Shown here: positions 9,723 through 17,635 of the stretch, piece by piece
How the letters are laid out: each line of letters begins with the position of its first letter
Numbering within the stretch: position 1 is the stretch's first letter
Assembly: GCA_963767925.1 (NCBI GenBank)
Contig: CAVYGB010000006.1
Coordinates: forward strand, 64,001-128,000
Direction of reading: 5' to 3'
Origin: an uncultured delta proteobacterium
Lineage (GTDB): Bacteria > Myxococcota_A > Polyangia > Fen-1088
Length of the DNA stretch: 64,000 bases
Program-made: the position numbers and the translations under genes
The notes under the pieces: model-generated
Seen by the model: the letters and a program-made list of their open reading frames with translations, nothing else
Database searches by the model: none
Told to the model about the DNA's origin: nothing

Positions 9723-11768
9723 TCAGGGCTTCTCGCGTTCCCACTCGAGGAGGCCCCGGTCGAGGAGGAGGGGGAGGTCTTCGGTCAGCAGGAAGCGGTC
9801 GCGCACGAGGGCGAGGGCCTGGCGGGTGAAGGCGCCGAGGTAGCTGTCGCGGTCGGGGTAGCGCTCGGCGATCGAGCGGCGGGGGTCGCCGCGGGTCTGC
9901 CGGGCCTGGGCGGTGGGGGGCAGCGGCAGGAACGATCCGAGGAAGCTGACCCGGGCCCAGGGGGCGCCGAGGGTGGGCGCGCGGAGGTTCCAGCCGGTGT
10001 AGGTGGCCAGCGGCGCGAGCAGCTCGGGCAGGCGGACGCCGGCCAGATCGTTGCCGTCGGCGTCGACCTGGGGGACCAGGGTCGGGAAGGGGCGGCCCGC
10101 CAGCGGGGGGTGGCGCGTGACGAGCCCCTGCGCGAAGCGGGGGCCGAAGTCGGTGCGGAAGGCCCGGTGCACGTCGGCGGGTGGGACGGCGCCGGGGATG
10201 GCCGGGAAGGCCAGCTTCTCGCGGGGCACCAGGGTGCCGTCGGCGATGCGCGGGTAGCGGCTGGGCGGCGGGGAGGTGTCGTGCCGGACCCAGGCGTCGA
10301 GGGCGACGATGAGCGACCGCCAGAAGAAGGCCACCGGCAGCGGGCTCTGGGGGTGCAGGCTGGCCCGTTCGCCCTCCCCCGGCCGCGGCGGAAACGGCCC
10401 GCTGAAGTGCTGCAGGCCCGGGAAGGCGTAGACCCGGCTGCTGTCCGGCAAGGGCGCGTCGGCGGCGCCGTCGGGCGTTGTGTGGATCAGCGAGGCGGCG
10501 CGCGACCAGTATTCGTAGGAGGTATTTGTGTGGAAGATCTTCGGCGCCACCTTGCGGGCCACCGCCCGGTCGATGAGCCCCTCGGGGCGACCGCCCGCGG
10601 GATCGCGCAGGGGCAGATCCGCGAAGGGGTAGAGGTCGGTGGCGTAGAGGATCGCGTTCATCGGCTGGGCGTCGCGGGATGGCTGGGCGAAGCGGTGGTT
10701 GAAGTTGCCGCGCCCGGCCCCCGCCACGTGGGAGATCAGCCCGTCGAACACCTGCCGCCCGCCCTGGTCGGCGTTGAAGCCCTCGTGGAGAAAGTGCCGG
10801 AGGAACCGCCCGCTCTGGGAGATGCCCACCCCCAGCGCCCGGCGCACGCGCGGCAGGGGGGAGCGGTCGTGCTTGAGGTGCGAGACCAGGTCGCGCACCG
10901 CCACGAAGCCCAGCCCCGCCACCCGCGGCCCCTCGGCCAGGTAGATCACCTCGTAGATCTTCCCCGGCTGGAACCCGGCGGGCAGGTGCAGGGAGCGCCG
11001 GTCGGGCACCACGGCGCCGCCCGGTGTCGCCTCCCTGCCAAAGCGCCACTGCCCGCGTGAGATGGGCTGGCGGGCGCCGAGCGGCGTGTCGCGCACGGTG
11101 AGGAGGTTGTCCGCGCTGTCCGGGTCGGCCGCCTCGTACTCCAGGCCGCCGAGGGCGCCGCTGATCACGTGCCCCAGGGGATGATCGTGCGCCGGCGCGA
11201 CGACCGTGAAGTCGGAGCGCACCAGCCCGCGGATTGACTTGCCCCGCTCGGTCGCCACCGGCGCGGACAGGCGCAGGCGGTGGGGCTCGTCGCGGACGTC
11301 CCACTGCCAGCCGACCCAGGCCACGGTGAAGCCCCGGTTCATCAGGAAGCCGTCGCCGAAGTCCGCCTCCTTCTCCGGGTCGATGGCGCTGACCGCCCGG
11401 TTGGCGATGGCGAGGATGCCCTTGCCGCCCCGGTTGGGCACCTCCAGCAGGAGGGTGCCGTTGCCCCGGGCGGCATCGCGGGGGGCCAGCAGCACGACGT
11501 CCGCCCAGGCCTCCACCTCGCCGCGGGCATTGCGCGGGGCCAGCGCCAGATCGACGATGGCCCGGTTGGCGGGATCCTCCGGGCGGACCGCCAGGTGCAC
11601 GCGGCCCACGATCTTCTCGTAGGGGCCGACGCCCCCGAAGGCCTTGCCGCCCGCCACCACGTGCCGGTCGAGGATCTCGATCCGCTCGACCCGGGCCGCC
11701 GCCGGTGCGGCCAGCCCGCCGGCCAGGGCGGCGACCGCGAGGGAGACCGTCAGGGCGGGCCGGCGCAT
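9723..11768 (-). CDS. secreted alpha/beta-hydrolase domain protein
   Basis: Signal peptide; EVPNRG, VGWQWD, nucleophile elbow GISQSG, YEYWSRAASL, QH, VDADGNDLAGVRLP. Confidence 0.85.
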   Translation of the reverse strand: MRRPALTVSLAVAALAGGLAAPAAARVERIEILDRHVVAGGKAFGGVGPYEKIVGRVHLAVRPEDPANRAIVDLALAPRNARGEVEAWADVVLLAPRDAARGNGTLLLEVPNRGGKGILAIANRAVSAIDPEKEADFGDGFLMNRGFTVAWVGWQWDVRDEPHRLRLSAPVATERGKSIRGLVRSDFTVVAPAHDHPLGHVISGALGGLEYEAADPDSADNLLTVRDTPLGARQPISRGQWRFGREATPGGAVVPDRRSLHLPAGFQPGKIYEVIYLAEGPRVAGLGFVAVRDLVSHLKHDRSPLPRVRRALGVGISQSGRFLRHFLHEGFNADQGGRQVFDGLISHVAGAGRGNFNHRFAQPSRDAQPMNAILYATDLYPFADLPLRDPAGGRPEGLIDRAVARKVAPKIFHTNTSYEYWSRAASLIHTTPDGAADAPLPDSSRVYAFPGLQHFSGPFPPRPGEGERASLHPQSPLPVAFFWRSLIVALDAWVRHDTSPPPSRYPRIADGTLVPREKLAFPAIPGAVPPADVHRAFRTDFGPRFAQGLVTRHPPLAGRPFPTLVPQVDADGNDLAGVRLPELLAPLATYTGWNLRAPTLGAPWARVSFLGSFLPLPPTAQARQTRGDPRRSIAERYPDRDSYLGAFTRQALALVRDRFLLTEDLPLLLDRGLLEWEREKP

Positions 11769-11769
11769 G

Positions 11770-13371
11770 TCAGCGCGGCGTGGGCGCGGGGGCCAGCGGT
11801 CCGAAGACGTGCAGGCCGCGCCCCTCGGGCGCGGTCTCGGCGGTGCCGAACACGACCGCGTCGCTGGCCCGGCCGACCACCGAGACGTTGTCCCGGTCCA
11901 CCTCGGACAGGATCACCTTGCCAGCGACGTCGGCCGGGCGCCCGTCGAAGTCGGCCAGGTGCAGGAAGGTCAGCACGCGCGAGTCGCGAGCCACCGCCCG
12001 GCCCACCACCAGCCCGCGGGGGCCGCTGGCCACCAGGTACTGCAGGCCCCGCCCCAGGACCTGGACCCCGCCGCAGTCCTCCGGCCGGGCCACGAAGGTC
12101 AAGCTGCCCGCTTCGTCCTGCGGGTCGGGCTCGCTCCAGTGGACGAGGCCCAGGTTGGCGATCACCGTCGCGGTGTAGGCGATGGTCTCGGGGCTGCTCG
12201 ACAGCCGGCAGGAGGTCCCCCGCTCGTTGTCGCCGATGAGCCCCCGCTCGCCCGCGTCGTCGACCTGCAGGACGTAGGTGAAGCGACCGTCGCCGAGCGG
12301 GTACCAGGCGTGGGCGCCGGGCGCGAGGGTGAAGCGCCCCTCGGGCTGGCGGCGATCCTTGACCACGTTGAGCACCCCCTCGAGGCCGCGCAGCTCGGTG
12401 ACGAAGGTGACCCCCTCGCCCGCCAGCGGCTCGAACCCGGCCACGCCCTTGGCCAGCTCGCCGGTCAGAGTGCCGGAGGGGAAGTCGGCCGCCCAGAGAG
12501 GGCCCTCGCCGCGATCCCGCGAGCCGCCCCGCAGGAAGAACACCGCCTGCCCGTCGGCCGAGAAGGTCCAGTACCAGCCGTCCTCGACGACGGTGCGGGC
12601 GCTGGCCCGCCCCAGCTCGGCCACCGGCACGGCTCGCAGCGCCTCGGCCACCTCCCCCTCGCGCCAGCTCGAATACACGAACTGCCTCTCGTCGCGCGAG
12701 AACTGGGCCGACCAGGAGAGGCCCCCGCCCCGCTCGGGGGCGATGCGCTCGATCAGCGGCAGCAGGCTGTCGTCGCGATCGACGAGCGGCCCGGCCCGCA
12801 GGTCGAACTCGAGCGGATCGTCGTCGACCCCGTCGATGCAGAAGGCGTAGCGGCCGCTGGGGCTGCCCACGCACTGCACACCGCGCGCGGTCGAGAGCTT
12901 GCGGGGGCCGGCCCAGCCCGGTCGCCAGGCCCAGACGAAGCCCTCGTAGCGGTCGCGGTTGGCCTCGGGGTGCTCCTCGGCGAGGAAAAACAGCGTGTCC
13001 CCCTCGAACCGATGGGCCTCCGGGTGCGACATGCTGCCGATGCGCAGCTCCGTGAACAGGCGGTCGGTCATGCGCAGGCAGCCGGAGCTGCGGCCGTCGC
13101 AGGCCACCGCCTCACCGCCCATGACCCGGGTGACGTCGATGACCCAGAGCTCGGTGCGGAGGGCGTCTTCGGGGGTCGGCCGATAAAAGGCGCAGTAGCG
13201 GTGTCCGTTCGGCTCCGTCGGGTCGCCCTGGCTGCAGGCGCCGCTGCCGCTCCAGCCTGCCAGCCGGGCGGGGCCAGGCACCAGGAGCCGCAGCTCCGGC
13301 GGGGCCGCCAGGTCCCCCTCGCAGGCCGCCACCAACCCCAGCAACACCGAGTAGCGAAGCACCGCCCGCAT
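11770..13371 (-). CDS. hypothetical lipoprotein, possibly beta-propeller-like
   Basis: MRAVLRYSVLLGLVAAC lipobox; FSRDE and FSADG repeats; stop abuts the start of the hydrolase gene. Confidence 0.75.
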   Translation of the reverse strand: MRAVLRYSVLLGLVAACEGDLAAPPELRLLVPGPARLAGWSGSGACSQGDPTEPNGHRYCAFYRPTPEDALRTELWVIDVTRVMGGEAVACDGRSSGCLRMTDRLFTELRIGSMSHPEAHRFEGDTLFFLAEEHPEANRDRYEGFVWAWRPGWAGPRKLSTARGVQCVGSPSGRYAFCIDGVDDDPLEFDLRAGPLVDRDDSLLPLIERIAPERGGGLSWSAQFSRDERQFVYSSWREGEVAEALRAVPVAELGRASARTVVEDGWYWTFSADGQAVFFLRGGSRDRGEGPLWAADFPSGTLTGELAKGVAGFEPLAGEGVTFVTELRGLEGVLNVVKDRRQPEGRFTLAPGAHAWYPLGDGRFTYVLQVDDAGERGLIGDNERGTSCRLSSSPETIAYTATVIANLGLVHWSEPDPQDEAGSLTFVARPEDCGGVQVLGRGLQYLVASGPRGLVVGRAVARDSRVLTFLHLADFDGRPADVAGKVILSEVDRDNVSVVGRASDAVVFGTAETAPEGRGLHVFGPLAPAPTPR

Positions 13372-13415
13372 ATGCCGAGCAGCAGAGCACGCTGACGCGG
13401 GACGATCAAGCACGA

Positions 13416-13495
13416 CAGGGAGCAGCAGAGACGCCGAGCTCGGATGGCCCTGGAATCCCAGGTCCGTCCGATCTCGGCGGCTCCGTTGCTCCCTG
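13416..13495. terminator. 38-bp-stem hairpin downstream of the repeat-peptide gene (terminator or mRNA-stabilising structure)
   Basis: Arm 13416-13453 versus arm 13458-13495: 32/38 Watson-Crick matches, 4-nt loop; no clear U-tract. Confidence 0.6.
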
Positions 13496-13524
13496 CGAAT
13501 GTGCGCGTCGGGACGGCACCGGTC

Positions 13525-14187
13525 CTACCGGGCGATGAGCGTCCGGCTGTGGTTCATGCCGGCCAGACCGGCCTTGATCCCGCTGCGCACCACCAGGCCG
13601 GACTTGTTGTGGTTCATCCCGGCCAGACCGGCCTTGATCCCGCTGCGCACCACCAGCCCGGACTTGTTGTGGTTCATCCCGGCCAGACCGGCCTTGATCC
13701 CGCTGCGTACCACCAGCCCGGACTTGTTGTGGTTCATCCCGGCCAGACCGGCCTTGATCCCGCTGCGCACCACCAGCCCGGACTTGTTGTGGTTCATCCC
13801 GGCCAGGCCGGCCTTGATCCCGCTGCGCACCACCAGCCCGGACTTGTTGTGGTTCATCCCGGCCAGGCCGGCCTTGATCCCGCTGCGCACCACCAGCCCG
13901 GACTTGTTGTGGTTCATCCCGGCCAGGCCGGCCTTGATCCCGCTGCGCACCACCAGCCCGGACTTGTTGTGGTTCATCCCGGCCAGGCCGGCCTTGATCC
14001 CGCTGCGCACCACCAGCCCGGACTTGTTGTGGTTCATCCCGGCCAGGCCGGCCTTGATCCCGCTGCGCACCACCAGCCCGGACTTGTTGTGGTTCATCCC
14101 GGCCAGGCCGGCCTTGATCCCGCTGCGCACCACCAGCCCGGACTTGTTCTCGACCTTGGTGTTGATGGCGGACTTGATGGTCTTCAT
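13525..14187 (-). CDS. multi-cassette peptide precursor (13-aa N-terminus + 10 x NKSGLVVRSGIKAGLAGMNH + SRTLIAR)
   Basis: ATG 14187 with GAAAGG RBS; all four inter-copy variant sites are silent third positions only in this frame. Confidence 0.85.
   Translation of the reverse strand: MKTIKSAINTKVENKSGLVVRSGIKAGLAGMNHNKSGLVVRSGIKAGLAGMNHNKSGLVVRSGIKAGLAGMNHNKSGLVVRSGIKAGLAGMNHNKSGLVVRSGIKAGLAGMNHNKSGLVVRSGIKAGLAGMNHNKSGLVVRSGIKAGLAGMNHNKSGLVVRSGIKAGLAGMNHNKSGLVVRSGIKAGLAGMNHNKSGLVVRSGIKAGLAGMNHSRTLIAR
13549..14148. repeat. tandem repeat, 10 x 60 bp
   Basis: Ten consecutive near-identical 60-nt units; variants at 13558, 13597, 13708 and 13567/13627/13687/13747. Confidence 0.98.
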
Positions 14188-14254
14188 AGCTGTGTACCTT
14201 TCTCTCGGAGTTTTCTTCGTTCCCGGCCCGACTGACCGGACGAATCTCAGAGAT

Positions 14255-14271
14255 TGCAGGGATGGTGCCAG
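14255..14271 (-). promoter_or_regulatory. sigma-54 (-24/-12) promoter for the repeat-peptide gene
   Basis: Minus strand CTGGCAC-CATCC-CTGCA matches YTGGCAC-N5-TTGCW with one mismatch, about 70 nt upstream of the ATG. Confidence 0.7.
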
Positions 14272-14380
14272 GTCGCCCGGGGGCGCTCCCGGGGCCGATG
14301 AGGGCGAGATCACGGGGCCTCGGGCCGCCCGCTGCCCCGTGGATCAGCCCCGCGACCCGGTTTCAAGCCCGCCAACCACA

Positions 14381-14400
14381 GTGACTCGCGCGCGAGTCAC
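14381..14400. promoter_or_regulatory. perfect 20-bp palindrome, candidate enhancer-binding-protein site or rSAM 3' hairpin
   Basis: gtgactcgcgcgcgagtcac, 110-130 bp upstream of the sigma-54 box. Confidence 0.5.
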
Positions 14401-14409
14401 GTGATTCGA

Positions 14410-16350
14410 CTAGCTGCCAGCCAGGGCGCGTCGGATGAGGTCGGGAGCGACGCGGGCGGCGGGGATGGCCCGGCGCCGATCCCGGTCGAACCAGCTCCGC
14501 ACGTCCCGGTCCAGCCCGACGCCGTGCATGTAATTGTAGAGCGCCTTGCGCAGGCCCGGACCCAGCCGCTCGTGGTCGCAGCCGGTGGGGTCGTCGAAGG
14601 GGACCTCGTTGCGGGCGAAGGTGGCGGGCGCCTCCGGGCGCAGGCGGATCCCGAACAGGTCGGGCCGCTGCCCGATCGGGCTGTGGGCGGTCGCCGCGAA
14701 GCGGTGCCAGAACCCCGACTGGATGCATCCTTCGGCGAAGAGCTGACGCACGCGTTCGAGGGCGTCGACCGTCTCCTGCTCGGTCTCGCTGGGGAAGCCG
14801 TACATGAGATAGGCGTGCACGAGCACCCCGGCATCGCTGAAGGCCCGCGCCACCCGCGCCACCTGGGCCACCGTGACGCCCTTCTTCATGAGGTCGAGCA
14901 GCCGGTCCGAGGCAACCTCGAGCCCGCCGCTCACCGCCACGCAGCCCGAGCGGGCCAGCAGCTCGACCAGGCCCGGGGTGAAGCTCTTCTCGAAGCGGAT
15001 GTTCCCCCACCACGTGATGGCGAGCTGGCGATCGATCAGGCGCTGGGCCAGCGCGCGCAGAGCCGCCGGGGGGGCCGCCTCGTCGACGAAGTGAAACCCG
15101 GTCTGCCCGGTCTCGCGCACCAGCGCCTCGATGCGGTCGACGGTGACCTCGGCCGAGGCGGCCTCGTAGCGGGAGATGTAGTCGAGGGTGACGTCGCAGA
15201 AGGTGCACTTCTTCCAGTAGCAGCCGCGGGCCACCGTCAGCTTGTTCCAGCGCCCGTCCGACCAGAGGCGGTGCATGGGGTTGAGCATCTCGAAGAGCGA
15301 CACGTAGCTGCCCAGGGGGAGGCCGTCGTAGGTCGGCGTGCCGGTCTCGGCGTGGTGCAGATCGGAGAGCCCCTCGCTCGTCGCCAGCACCACCGCCCCC
15401 TCCCGGCGGACGAAGGTGCGCAGCAGCGGCCGGGCGGGATCGCGCAGGTGATCGATCAGGGCCAGCAGCGGCCGCTCGCCGTCGTCGAGGGTGAGGAAGT
15501 CGCAGGCCTCGAACACGCGGGGCTCGGCGAGCTGGCGCAGCTCCGTGTTGACGTAGCCACCGCCCAGCGCGACCTGGGTGCCGGGGCGTTCGGCCTTGAC
15601 CACCCGGGCGATGCGCAGGGCCCCGTAGAGGTTTCCCGGGAAGGGGACGGTCAGCCCGAGCAGGTCGGGCGCCTGGCTGCACACCCGGTCGCGGGCCAGC
15701 CGGTCGAGCTCGGCGTCGACCAGGGTGGGCGGGCCTTGCAGGGCCTCGGCCAGGTCGTCGAAGCGGCTGGCGCTGGCGGCGAGCTTCTCGCCGTAGCGGG
15801 ACAGCTCGAAGCGGGGGTCGATCCCGTCGCGGATGACGTCGGCGATCTCGTCGACGAACAGGCTCGCCAGGTGGCGGGCACGGTCGGTGGTGCCGAGGTC
15901 GCCGAAGGCCCAGCCGAGCGGGTCGTCGCCGGACGGATCGGCGGGGAGGGCGGCGGCGAAGCGCGGCCCTTCCGGCAAGAAAGTGCGCCCCACGATGCGC
16001 ATCGCCAGGCTGGGATCCCGCCCCTGCAGGAAGGCGATGACCGGCTCGACGAGGGCCAGGTAACGCTCGGCCTGATCGAGGAAGAAGCCCACCGAGGGAG
16101 GCTCGTCCCGACGGCGGGCAGCCGCGCGGCCCCGGCCCGAGGGCGCAGCTCGCTGCCCCTCGAGCTGCGCCCGCACCTTGCCCAGCCCCTCCCGGGAGAA
16201 GAGCCGCAAGAACAGCTCGATCGAGAGGTCGGCCTGGGCGACCTCGACGCCGGCGGGGGCGTGTTTGCGCAGGCAGCCGGTCAGGTACGCCGTCGCCGGG
16301 TAGGGCGTATTCAACTGCGTCATCGGCGGCGTCACCAGGAGCACGCGCAT
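14410..16350 (-). CDS. cobalamin-binding-domain radical SAM protein
   Basis: MRVLLVTPPMTQLNTPYPATAYL N-terminus, ALGGGY, DDGE, CYWKKCTFC (CxxxCxxC), FHFVDE, GGLEVAS, YLMYGFP. Confidence 0.92.
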   Translation of the reverse strand: MRVLLVTPPMTQLNTPYPATAYLTGCLRKHAPAGVEVAQADLSIELFLRLFSREGLGKVRAQLEGQRAAPSGRGRAAARRRDEPPSVGFFLDQAERYLALVEPVIAFLQGRDPSLAMRIVGRTFLPEGPRFAAALPADPSGDDPLGWAFGDLGTTDRARHLASLFVDEIADVIRDGIDPRFELSRYGEKLAASASRFDDLAEALQGPPTLVDAELDRLARDRVCSQAPDLLGLTVPFPGNLYGALRIARVVKAERPGTQVALGGGYVNTELRQLAEPRVFEACDFLTLDDGERPLLALIDHLRDPARPLLRTFVRREGAVVLATSEGLSDLHHAETGTPTYDGLPLGSYVSLFEMLNPMHRLWSDGRWNKLTVARGCYWKKCTFCDVTLDYISRYEAASAEVTVDRIEALVRETGQTGFHFVDEAAPPAALRALAQRLIDRQLAITWWGNIRFEKSFTPGLVELLARSGCVAVSGGLEVASDRLLDLMKKGVTVAQVARVARAFSDAGVLVHAYLMYGFPSETEQETVDALERVRQLFAEGCIQSGFWHRFAATAHSPIGQRPDLFGIRLRPEAPATFARNEVPFDDPTGCDHERLGPGLRKALYNYMHGVGLDRDVRSWFDRDRRRAIPAARVAPDLIRRALAGS

Positions 16351-16406
16351 GCGCCGCCAGCATAGCGCCCTGGAGCGACCCGTCATCCTTGGGGGTTTTT
16401 TCCGAC

Positions 16407-16434
16407 TGAAGCTGGAGCGCCGATCTGACGATGT
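16407..16434 (+). promoter_or_regulatory. possible sigma-28-like promoter
   Basis: TGAAG-N15-GACGATGT, same spacing as the better match at 58642-58669; weaker -10 box. Confidence 0.3.
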
Positions 16435-16455
16435 CGACCCGCGGAGGACGCCCCC

Positions 16456-17241
16456 ATGCTGGTCAGCCCGATCTCGCGATCCAGTCTGGACTCGGATAGC
16501 CGGGAACGCGTCATGGAGGCCATGGCCCGACGCAGGCCCCGCGCGAGCAAAGCCGAACCCGGTGACCCGGTCGACCCGACCGATCTCGTCGACCTGCGCG
16601 TCAGGACCGGCGAGGTCGCCAAGGACGACGAAACCCGGCGCGCCAACGAAAAAGAGAAGGACAAGGGCAAAGCTCCGACCACCGATCCCACCCGCGAGGA
16701 CGAAGAGCTCGACCCGCGCGAGCGGGCCCAGGTGGAGGGCCTGCGCCGCCGCGACCGCGAGGTGCGGGCCCACGAGGCGGCGCATGCCGCGGCCGCCGGC
16801 GGCCTGGGGGGCGGAGCGTCTTATACCTACGTGACCGGTCCCGACGGCAAGCGCTACGCCGTCGGCGGCGAGGTCCCGGTGCGGCTGGCCACCGGCCACA
16901 CGCCCGAGGAGACCCTCCGCAACGCACAGCAGGTGCGCGCCGCCGCCTTGGCCCCGGCCGAGCCCTCCAGCCAGGACCGGGCCGTCGCCGCCCAGGCCAC
17001 CGCCATGGAGGCCGCTGCGCGCATGGAGATGTCCCGGACCCGCGACGTCGAAGCCGCCGAACGGGCCGTCCGCGCCCGCGCGCAGGGCGCCAGCCGCGCC
17101 TCGGACAACCGGACCGTCGACCCCGAAGCCACCCTCCGCCAGCTCGAACGCGAGCAACGCACCGTCCGCGGCGGCTGGAAGCACCTCCACAGCAGCGGCG
17201 GCTGCGGCGGCTGCGCCGTGGCGGTCGCCGCGTACCGGTAG
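16456..17241 (+). CDS. SprA-related family protein (HExxH putative metalloprotease motif)
   Basis: DREVRAHEAAH, SYTYVTGPDGKRYAVGGEV, AALAPAEPSSQDRAVAA are hallmark motifs. Confidence 0.88.
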   Translation: MLVSPISRSSLDSDSRERVMEAMARRRPRASKAEPGDPVDPTDLVDLRVRTGEVAKDDETRRANEKEKDKGKAPTTDPTREDEELDPRERAQVEGLRRRDREVRAHEAAHAAAAGGLGGGASYTYVTGPDGKRYAVGGEVPVRLATGHTPEETLRNAQQVRAAALAPAEPSSQDRAVAAQATAMEAAARMEMSRTRDVEAAERAVRARAQGASRASDNRTVDPEATLRQLEREQRTVRGGWKHLHSSGGCGGCAVAVAAYR

Positions 17242-17316
17242 CGGACGCCGCCCAGCGCAAACGTCCCGATCCGCTTCGACTCCCCCCACCGAGCGCTCCC
17301 CCCGGCCTCTCGCCCG

Positions 17317-17377
17317 CTGTCTCTGTCTCTCTGTCTCTGTCTCTGTCTCTCTGCCTCTGCCTCTGCCTCTGCCTCTG
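17317..17377. repeat. hexamer microsatellite (CTGTCT / CTGCCT)
   Basis: ctgtctctgtctctctgtctctgtctctgtctctctgcctctgcctctgcctctgcctctg. Confidence 0.85.
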
Positions 17378-17509
17378 AAAACGCGAAGCTCAGTAGCAGT
17401 TGGGGCGGTGGGCATGTGGGCAAACGCGTCTGCCTCTGCGCGTTTGTCCAAGGGCGGTGGGCAGTCTGCTGTCCACCGCCCGGCATGTCCACGGCCCACC
17501 CCCACCCCG

Positions 17510-17616
17510 GCGCCCCCCCCTTCTACCGTCCGCGACGCCCCCCCCCAGCGCCGCCCCTTCTACCATCCGGCCACGTCCCCAGCGCCGCCCCTTCTACCGT
17601 CCAGCGCACGCCCCCC
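17510..17616. repeat. three degenerate direct repeats (core ccccttctaccrtcc; GTAG on minus strand) downstream of the RAYT
   Basis: ttctacc at 17521, 17558 and 17592, with flanking agcgccgcccc conserved in two copies. Confidence 0.7.
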
Positions 17617-17635
17617 GCCGCGAAGACGGATGCCC

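Noticed and set aside
13549..14148. CRISPR array
   Set aside because: Units are contiguous 60-bp copies with no unique spacers, no cas genes are in the window, and the variation pattern fits protein coding.
13444..14404. Plus-strand repeat ORFs (13444-14235, 13499-14404)
   Set aside because: Inter-copy variants are non-synonymous in these frames; the RBS and promoter support the minus-strand ORF.
16351..16455. Cobalamin riboswitch upstream of the B12-rSAM
   Set aside because: Only about 105 bp of divergent intergenic space and no recognisable B12-box elements.
16351..17505. 385-aa N-terminal extension of the radical SAM ORF
   Set aside because: It is the antisense shadow of the SprA-related gene and the microsatellite; the family N-terminus begins at MRVLLVTPP (16350).
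17510..17616. Mini-CRISPR next to the transposase
   Set aside because: Intervening segments are only about 10 nt and the repeats are degenerate.
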